This document shows positions 54,845 through 64,000 of a stretch of 64,000 nt of DNA, piece by piece (position 1 is the stretch's first letter; each line of letters begins with the position of its first letter). The notes under the pieces were generated by a model, which saw only the letters and a list, made by a program, of their open reading frames with translations, did no database searches and was not told the DNA's origin. The stretch comes from Octopus bimaculoides (Eukaryota), in contig NC_068993.1 of the NCBI RefSeq assembly GCF_001194135.2, positions 64,245,315-64,309,314 on the forward strand, read 5' to 3'. A program made the translations under genes and the position numbers.

Positions 54845-54878
54845 TTTTACGTTTCGAGCCTACGCTCTTCAACAGAAA
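54845..54878 (-). ncRNA. Hammerhead-like motif with variant core (CUGUUGA)
   Basis: Minus strand reads UUU-CUGUUGA-A-GAGC(GUAG)GCUC-GAAA-CG-UA-AAA. Stem II is perfect and the GAAA-CG-UH arrangement matches 48776-48821, but A6 is U and stem I is only 3 bp. Confidence 0.45.
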
Positions 54879-55276
54879 GGAGTATGAGGAAATAGAGAGA
54901 GAATAAAGAAAGGACTTGTTGATATAGCAGTCGAGCATGGTGACTGGTTGGAAAAACAAAGGGTTTGACAGGAGAGGTAGAAAGAAGGGGAGATAATGAA
55001 GTATTGGTGATCCCAAAACGAAGGTATGCGTGTGTATGTATGTGTGTATAAATATGTATAAATATACGTGTGTATGTGTGTGTGAGTGTGTGTGTGTTTG
55101 TGTGTGTGTTTGTGTGTACTTGAGCTCCAGCGAGAGATATTTGTGGGACTAACTTTCGGCCTGCTGCGGCAGATGATGTTACTGGTGCACTCACATATTT
55201 ATGATCATCTCAAGTACAAGACAAAAGTTGAGACTAAACAACATTCAATAATATTTTTCAATAATACTTGGACATC

Positions 55277-55277
<1 letters not shown>

Positions 55278-55336
<59 letters not shown>

Positions 55337-55390
55337 GTAGTAATGGTGATGGCGATAATAATGATAGTAATAATAATAATAATAATTTAG
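55278..55390. repeat. (TAA)n with degenerate TAG/TGG/TGA extension
   Basis: Direct. Confidence 0.95.
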
Positions 55391-57625
55391 CCAAAACTCA
55401 TGTCGGATCAGAGGAAATATTAACAATGACAAATAGTAATAAAAAATGGAAATGATAATATCAGTGGTGATAATAATAAGAATAATAATGAAAGAAAGCG
55501 TTTGGAGTCTCCCTATCTTCTGATTGACGATAGATCGAGTGATGGTGTCACAATAAAAACACTGGTAACTGTGCAAGCTGATAATTGCTACCTTACGTGA
55601 GTGACAATGAAAAAACAAAATATTGTGAATAACGGTGGGAATGAAACTGCAGCCCTTGATGGTGACAGTGTTACACCTCGGGACTGAGTTGTACTCAGAC
55701 CACCGAGAAAAGCAGCGAATACCGACAGAGAGTTTAACTGATACACTAAGCTGTCTACTATTTCGCCATCTTGCTTCAGAAATAAATCGATATGAATTAT
55801 AAATTTTAGAATGATTAATAGAATATTTACGACATGGTCTGGTGCTGCTGTATAGAAAATATCAAACATTTTCAACAAAAAACTCATAATATGGAATAAA
55901 CATGGAAGCAATTTTTTCTTTTAATATCGCTTAGCTGTTCGCTGATACTGTTGTTAATAGTTGTTAATATCCGTGTTGTTGCTGTAGTTGTTTTTGTTGT
56001 AAATGGTGCTGTTGTTCCTGTTCTTGACCACGCTATTCTTACTCTTACTGTTCGAACTGCTGCTGATGCTGGCGTTTCTCCTTCTGGTCCCCAGATCAGC
56101 TGTGACGGAGGCAACCTACCACCACAGACAACGTTGCCAGGGTCATTATGCTCTGCTCTTGTGTATTGTGTCATTTAGAATACATTATCCGATGAGTCTT
56201 TACTTCAGTGCAATCTGCGAAAGGTTTGCTAGATATAGCAAAGAGTTGGAGCAAACAGAGCGGCCCAGGTTGCTTTCAATACAGTTTTGTTAAACTTTAA
56301 AATGTTAGGGTAGACAAAAAATATACATTTTTCAACTCTAGATATTTTTATATGTGTGGAAACACGTACACACACACGCACACACACACACACACACAAT
56401 CTCACGCCACACGCCCAGCTTCAGGACCTAATCCTTTCAACAGTTCAGTTATGTCTGCCATGAATCCCTTTTATGTTTATCCTATATCTGTTGGTTATCC
56501 GTATCGTTGCTAGTGTTCCATGCCCTTCTCATTATCAACTGATAGTGCACCCTTATATCATTTCGAACCTTTCATTTCTTCTACTCATCTTCCTCGATTT
56601 CTTTACCCCTATCTTAATTTATTTGACTTATATTTTATCAAAGTTTCCTTCCAAATTCAAGGGGCCTTTTTAGTTCTTGATCTTTAACTCCCTCCAACTG
56701 TGCTGATTTTTCCTGGTTTTCCCTATTTTTCTTCTTTATTCCTGTTTATTTCATAATCTTAATAATTTTCGAGTGCTCTTTCAATACTTTCACATTCTCA
56801 AGTACTCCGACATATTTCTACCATTTTCTTTTTTTCATTTATTTTTTATTAATCCTTTTCCCCCAATTTGTTTTAAAAATTTCTTCCAACTCATCCTTAT
56901 AATATTATTCATATCCCAACCAATATTTATATTTGTTTTCCACATTTTTCCATTTACTTATTTATTTTCTCTTCAATCATTTTCGATTTTATTCATTTAA
57001 TTTTATATTATTTCATTCTATTTACAAAAATCTCTTCAGATTTTCAAGTATTGACCATTCCTCCAAAACACTACCATAATCCTTTATGATTTCTTCTTGT
57101 TCTGATTTTCAGCACTTTATTCATAACCCTCTTAATCGTCATTCATTCCTAAAATTTCTTTGTGTTATCTTTTTATTTTCATTTTTTTACTACCTCTCTC
57201 TGCTGTCCATCCTTCTAATTTCAGTGCCCTTAAGACTTTAACTGCCATCTTTAATTTTTTTTTTTTCCATTCACTGCTTCTATCAGTTCATCATCTGCCA
57301 TTCCCATACTGAATTTTTGTAATTATATTCTTAAAACACCTGTCCCTCTTCTATTTCTTTTAATTTCCCTTTCATTTTTATATTTTTCCTTTTCTTATTT
57401 TCACCCCTTTTCTCTTCTTTCCCTTTTTCTTTCTCTTTATTTTCTTCAATCCTCTTCCCAACCTTTATTATACTTTCACCCCACCTTACGAATAGAAAAC
57501 TATATATAAATGTACAAACCCCATCCATTTTTCAGGCACGACTTGCCCAAAAATCCTTTGTATCTACAGGTGGAACTTAGAGTAGTACGAGACTGACTCC
57601 ACTTATACTTACATATACATATAAT

Positions 57626-57665
<40 letters not shown>

Positions 57666-57700
57666 CAGACAGAGACAGACAGACAGACAGACAGAAATTA

Positions 57701-57899
57701 TACTGGTTTTAAATTTTGACGGAAAGTCAGCAATTTTGACGGAAAGTCAGCAATTTTGACGGAAAGTCAGCTAACTTGATTATATCGGCCCCAGTGTTCG
57801 ACAGATACTTATTTTATCGACCCCAAAATGAAGAAAAACAAAGTCGACTCTGGCGGCAATTGAACTCAGAACGTTAATTCAGAAGAAACGCCTCCAAGC
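57701..57899 (-). mobile_element. SINE family A copy with triplicated 3' segment
   Basis: CCCCAGTG..TACTTATTTTATCGACCCC..AAAGTCGACTCTGGCGGCAATTGAACTCAGAACG is the reverse complement of the family A core. A 20-bp unit repeated three times lies at its 3' end. Confidence 0.75.
57712..57771. repeat. 20-bp tandem repeat x3 (AATTTTGACGGAAAGTCAGC)
   Basis: Read directly; three identical copies. Confidence 0.95.
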
Positions 57900-58828
57900 T
57901 TTTCTTCCAGCTAGATAACGTCCTCTCGGGTGGAAATTATGTTAATGTAATTTAACGTAATCATACTTTATGATTGCATTTTTTTTTTTAAAGTTTTAAG
58001 TGGTTGAAGGAAAGAAACACAAGACATATCCACCCCCGATCATCGAAAATGTTGGGGGACTTTTGTACATTGATGTTTGTAGGAGGGGATTTCAGATTTC
58101 TGCAGTTTAGTAGGGAGTAAAGATATTAGCAGTGTGCTTAATGTCATATCAAATATAGTGATGTTGTTCGTGAGGTGATAACTAAGGATGCGCATGCTCA
58201 GCAATCCCAGATATCATTTCCATGTTGCAAAATTGAATCTTTTGTAGTAAACATCCACGACCATCCTTCCCTAAATAACAGACATTCTCTTGATTAGTTA
58301 AGACTATTCTCATTAATTGACAAACGATAACAAATGGGAGAGCCTTTCTGTGGTCGCAAAATATGGTAAAAAGAGCAGCGAAACCCCGTCAAAGAACAAC
58401 CCTAGCTTCGAAAGCTAGGAACGCCACAGTGGCTGCAGTAGTGCTCCGTACACAAAAGGACGTTGAAGTAAATCTGAGATGTTGTGATCAGAGCTTTGTT
58501 TCATCGGGTTTGAGCTGAAGATTAATTGTAACAGCAACAACAATTACAAAAAAGCTCTGTGCCTCTGAACATTGTCAGTTTTATGTAACCTCCACATCCT
58601 TTGCCTAATTTCTGAAACAGAAGAGTGAGGGGAGGAGTAAGAGAGAGAGAAAAGAAAAGGAAGAAAGGAAGAAGGAAAGAAAGAAACAAAGAAAAAAGAA
58701 AGGAAATTTTTTTGCTTCATATGGTGTCCATCATACATTGATAAGCAAATATTTAAACAACATTTATCGCATCGATCTTATTTGTATGTACAGTTCCTGC
58801 AAACATCTTAAGCATTTACACTCCCATT

Positions 58829-58936
<108 letters not shown>

Positions 58937-59582
58937 CGTGCGTATATGTAATTAGCAGCATAAATCTTATTGGACAAATGAACAATGTAAAGTTCACAAA
59001 TTATGACATTATGTTCATACAACAAACATTAAAATTTAGATTGAAGTTAATAATTATCAGCAAATTCTCTGGAGGAAGGAAGGTTCTCGTATAGTTTATT
59101 CACCGAAATGGCTTCGTTTCTTGTTTACATCTCCTTCGTATTAATTACATTGTTAATAACTTGGAAAGCGCATGGTTGTTAGAAGATCCATCGTGTAACT
59201 TCACAATGACGCCAGCTGAGCTCATCTTCTTCCTTCTGCGCATCCCAACGACAACAAAATGTCAGGTAAAAGATAACATTTGATGTTTGACTTTATAAAT
59301 TTCATCAGTATATGAGATGAACAAATAGATTATCGGTTATATTTCTTTAATTAAATCATCATTTAAATGATTACTAAATGTTATACGAAGCTGTAATTAA
59401 AATATTTATTTCAAATGGTTTGTGTTTCTTAAAATTATGTTCGAAGGACTGTGATAACAAGAAATTGATATACAGCATATCATAAAATTTCCCTAAATAT
59501 AATTACGTGTTTCTAACTCCATATCTGTGTTTATAAAAGACCTCATTGCACTAAATGTTGTCTAATTGAGCGAGAGAGAGGG

Positions 59583-59629
<47 letters not shown>

Positions 59630-59839
59630 GGAGAGAAAGGAAGAGGGAGAAAAGGAGGAAAGAAGATGTTTGCAGCAGTCATCAAACATGTCAAATAATA
59701 TAAAAGTGTAACTGATTCGTTATTACAAAATATTATCTTTACAAGTTAAGTCAGATATTATGGTTTCGAAAATGTCAAATTTTCAAGGAGCACGTGTACG
59801 TGTGTTTCTGCGTGTGTCTGTCAGCCTATATGCGTTATA

Positions 59840-59846
59840 GGTGTGT

Positions 59847-59884
<38 letters not shown>

Positions 59885-59921
59885 ATGTATGTATATGTAT
59901 ATATGTATATTTATATGCATG

Positions 59922-59997
<76 letters not shown>

Positions 59998-60141
59998 TGT
60001 AAAGTGCATACGCATACGTATGCGTATGTATGTGTACGTATATGCATTTAAAAATTATATATAGCTATAAAGTGTATGTGCATACGTGTATATGTATCTA
60101 TGTATGTATGTATGCATGTATGCATGTATGTATATATATAT

Positions 60142-60199
<58 letters not shown>
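59840..60199. repeat. Compound (TG)/(TA)/(TATG)/(GATA) microsatellite field
   Basis: Direct. Confidence 0.95.
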
Positions 60200-60201
<2 letters not shown>

Positions 60202-62735
60202 ACAATAATACAGATGGGTCGGAACCCATCCGTGTTATTGTTTATAATTTTCCATACTCAGAATCTTTCCTGCGTTGCATCTTGAGTCTATAGTCGACTG
60301 TGGAATACGAGTGCACTGCTGTGTGACTTTGCGAACATCTTGTGTATTCGGTCAGTACGGGTGACTCTGCACATAACTGGAGTGGGAGGAGGAATTCGTA
60401 TTTACTTTATTAAGTACGTGTCTCTCGGTACACATTTTTAGTGCACGAGTGAGCTCTTCCCTACTCTACGTTGATGCCTTTGCTACTTAAATATCTTGAT
60501 TCCATCGTATCCCGAAAGAAAAAAAAATTAGATTCTAACCCGTAAGAGACCCATTCACTCTGTAATGCCATGAAAACAAATAGATGTAAACACACCACGT
60601 GCGTTCGAAGCGCCTTCTATCAAGACTGATGAATGCATACATTTTGTAGTGGTTATCTCCTCTCAGCATCAGATAAAGGAAAGAGGGAAAGCTACAACTT
60701 GACAGACAAGATATGGGTATCTCTTATTTTATTCTTGTCATCTCAGTTGTATCGCTTCAGTCAAATGAATGAATATCTGTGAATTCTAACACAAATCATC
60801 TGAAACGATCTGTTCTCAAACACTGAAATATAATGGCGATAATCATGTTGGTAGAGTATGGAAGCAACATGGAGGCAACCTGGGTCAACCTGGGAACCTG
60901 GGTCAACTTGACATCCACATTTTATCCAAAGGACCCAACACTCGGACAAATACAGGAGTACGTCCTCATAAATGAAACATCCCCAGAACTAAATAGGAAA
61001 TATACGTAGAAGGTAACGATAACCCAATATCTACAGTTTATAGTAATATACAGGTATAATAGTTAGCGGGCTGTGATGTAGATGTTTGTATGTGAATGTA
61101 TACGCATACGTATATGTATGTGCACGTGTATGTGGGTAAGTGGATATGAATGCAAACAGATAGACATACAGACGGATAGGTACATGGGTAATACGAACAC
61201 AAGTTGACATACACACATACATACGCAAATGAAGACTGAAACACGTGACCACATGCACACACACACTTCACTTCACACAAGGACACATATGGAGACATCC
61301 ATACATACAGACACAGTACACAGTCTCAAAAATCCATACACAGACACACACTATATATATATATATATATATATATNNNNNNNNNNNNNNNNNNNNNNNN
61401 NNNNNNNNNNNNNNNNNNNNNNNNNNNNNNNNNNNNNNNNNNNNNNNNNNNNNNNNNNNNNNNNNNNNNNNNNNNNNNNNNNNNNNNNNNNNNNNNNNNN
61501 NNNNNNNNNNNNNNNNNNNNNNNNNNNNNNNNNNNNNNNNNNNNNNNNNNNNNNNNNNNNNNNNNNNNNNNNNNNNNNNNNNNNNNNNNNNNNNNNNNNN
61601 NNNNNNNNNNNNNNNNNNNNNNNNNNNNNNNNNNNNNNNNNNNNNNNNNNNNNNNNNNNNNNNNNNNNNNNNNNNNNNNNNNNNNNNNNNNNNNNNNNNN
61701 NNNNNNNNNNNNNNNNNNNNNNNNNNNNNNNNNNNNNNNNNNNNNNNNNNNNNNNNNNNNNNNNNNNNNNNNNNNNNNNNNNNNNNNNNNNNNNNNNNNN
61801 NNNNNNNNNNNNNNNNNNNNNNNNNNNNNNNNNNNNNNNNNNNNNNNNNNNNNNNNNNNNNNNNNNNNNNNNNNNNNNNNNNNNNNNNNNNNNNNNNNNN
61901 NNNNNNNNNNNNNNNNNNNNNNNNNNNNNNNNNNNNNNNNNNNNNNNNNNNNNNNNNNNNNNNNNNNNNNNNNNNNNNNNNNNNNNNNNNNNNNNNNNNN
62001 NNNNNNNNNNNNNNNNNNNNNNNNNNNNNNNNNNNNNNNNNNNNNNNTATATATATATGTAGCAGCTGTATATTTATATATATAAGAAAGAGCTATGTAT
62101 ATATATTTATACACACACACGCATTTATGTGATTATATGTCATTTTGTGGTGTGTGCGTGTGTGTTTCTGTTTTTGTACCAAGCCGAAGATTTGGCACGT
62201 GAATAACTTTTGATTTGTTTTGAAGTGTGACTTATGATAAAGCCAGCGACACGGTTGTTAAACTATGAGCATAATAAATATTATTAACACTTAATGGCTG
62301 TTTGTTGTACATGCAACCATAACGTTTCACATTTTTCGTGAAAATTAAGCCTGATTGGTCACCGGGGAAATTAATTATAAAGTTGCCTACTCTGAAAATT
62401 ACACACTTGTCTGATTGTTGCGTTGTTATCAAAGGATAAGTGATATTTTTTCCGAAGATTCGTTGTGGCAAGTGACTGGAGTGGTTGCGTACATGAAATT
62501 ATTGAGCTAAACTTGCTACGAGTTAATGGTTTGTGTTTTTAAATCACAGACATTGGATTATATATTCTGTGAGTGAGTACGCGCGTGAATGTGTCTGATT
62601 TGGTATAGATAGAGCGATAGTCAGATAGATAAATTGATTAATTGATTGAAAGACAGATAAATAGATGTATATATATATGTAACTAAATGTGCATACACGC
62701 ATATTCATATATACACATATGTGTATAAGTATAAA

Positions 62736-62793
<58 letters not shown>

Positions 62794-64000
62794 NNNNNNN
62801 NNNNNNNNNNNNNNNNNNNNNNNNNNNNNNNNNNNNNNNNNNNNNNNNNNNNNNNNNNNNNNNNNNNNNNNNNNNNNNNNNNNNNNNNNNNNNNNNNNNN
62901 NNNNNNNNNNNNNNNNNNNNNNNNNNNNNNNNNNNNNNNNNNNNNNNNNNNNNNNNNNNNNNNNNNNNNNNNNNNNNNNNNNNNNNNNNNNNNNNNNNNN
63001 NNNNNNNNNNNNNNNNNNNNNNNNNNNNNNNNNNNNNNNNNNNNNNNNNNNNNNNNNNNNNNNNNNNNNNNNNNNNNNNNNNNNNNNNNNNNNNNNNNNN
63101 NNNNNNNNNNNNNNNNNNNNNNNNNNNNNNNNNNNNNNNNNNNNNNNNNNNNNNNNNNNNNNNNNNNNNNNNNNNNNNNNNNNNNNNNNNNNNNNNNNNN
63201 NNNNNNNNNNNNNNNNNNNNNNNNNNNNNNNNNNNNNNNNNNNNNNNNNNNNNNNNNNNNNNNNNNNNNNNNNNNNNNNNNNNNNNNNNNNNNNNNNNNN
63301 NNNNNNNNNNNNNNNNNNNNNNNNNNNNNNNNNNNNNNNNNNNNNNNNNNNNNNNNNNNNNNNNNNNNNNNNNNNNNNNNNNNNNNTATATATACATCAA
63401 GCCACAGAAGCAGTATTATGTAAGTAAATCGTGAAAATTTAACTTACAGCAGTATTGGGGCGGGGATAATATGTCATTTCATATGGACGTGCTGTGTTTA
63501 AAATCACAATATAATCGATACAGAGGAAAATCTTTGCAGCATCGAGTAAAGAGAACCGTAGATACATTCCTGCCTTGGTAAGCATTGTCAAGAGTGTATA
63601 CTTGCGTTACACTTCATACATAGACGAAAGTTATTGCCCCCGATATGTAAGAAGACACTGGTTAAACAATCATTAGAGTTGCAAAGGCTAGTTTTTTATA
63701 CTGCTATTCGCCAGATTAATGGTTTTTTATTCACTCTTCTTATATACTAATGGTGACAGATTTCACTTTAGCATGTGAGGCACATTGAGTATACGCTTTT
63801 CACAACACCTGGCAGAAATGCGTCTGACGCTCTCAGTAGTCGGTGCTCGGACAATTTTCGTTTGTTTTTCATATATATTGTGTATTTAAACAAGACTACT
63901 ATAAAAAGATATTATCTCTGGACGAATACCACAGTAAATTTTCCTTTCACGATCTATTTACATTAACTATGACACATAGATGTCTATTTAAATCTAATGC

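Noticed and set aside
55588-56293. Cluster of 75-107 aa ORFs on both strands
   Set aside because: No consistent strand, splice structure or recognisable domain, and partly low-complexity.

Overview
AT-rich, microsatellite-saturated animal genomic DNA from a gapped assembly: 11 N-runs, nearly all flanked by simple repeats. The repeat content (tRNA-headed SINE families, mariner/Tc1 relics, R4/Dong-type LINE scraps, dense TA/TG/TATG/TAA tracts) looks like an octopus (coleoid cephalopod) intron or intergenic region. That assignment is pattern recognition, not a database result. I find no confidently identifiable protein-coding gene. Most ORFs in the supplied track are translations of microsatellites or N-gaps, and only weak candidate exons are offered. 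Well-supported features: about ten copies of one SINE family, three copies of a second modular SINE group, a Tc1 and a mariner transposase relic, a mariner-derived MITE, and two R4/Dong-like non-LTR fragments. The most interesting signal is a complete minimal type I hammerhead ribozyme fold (48776-48821, minus strand) inside a small tRNA-promoter-headed element. An unrelated repeat at 54845-54878 carries a second motif of the same architecture with one core substitution.
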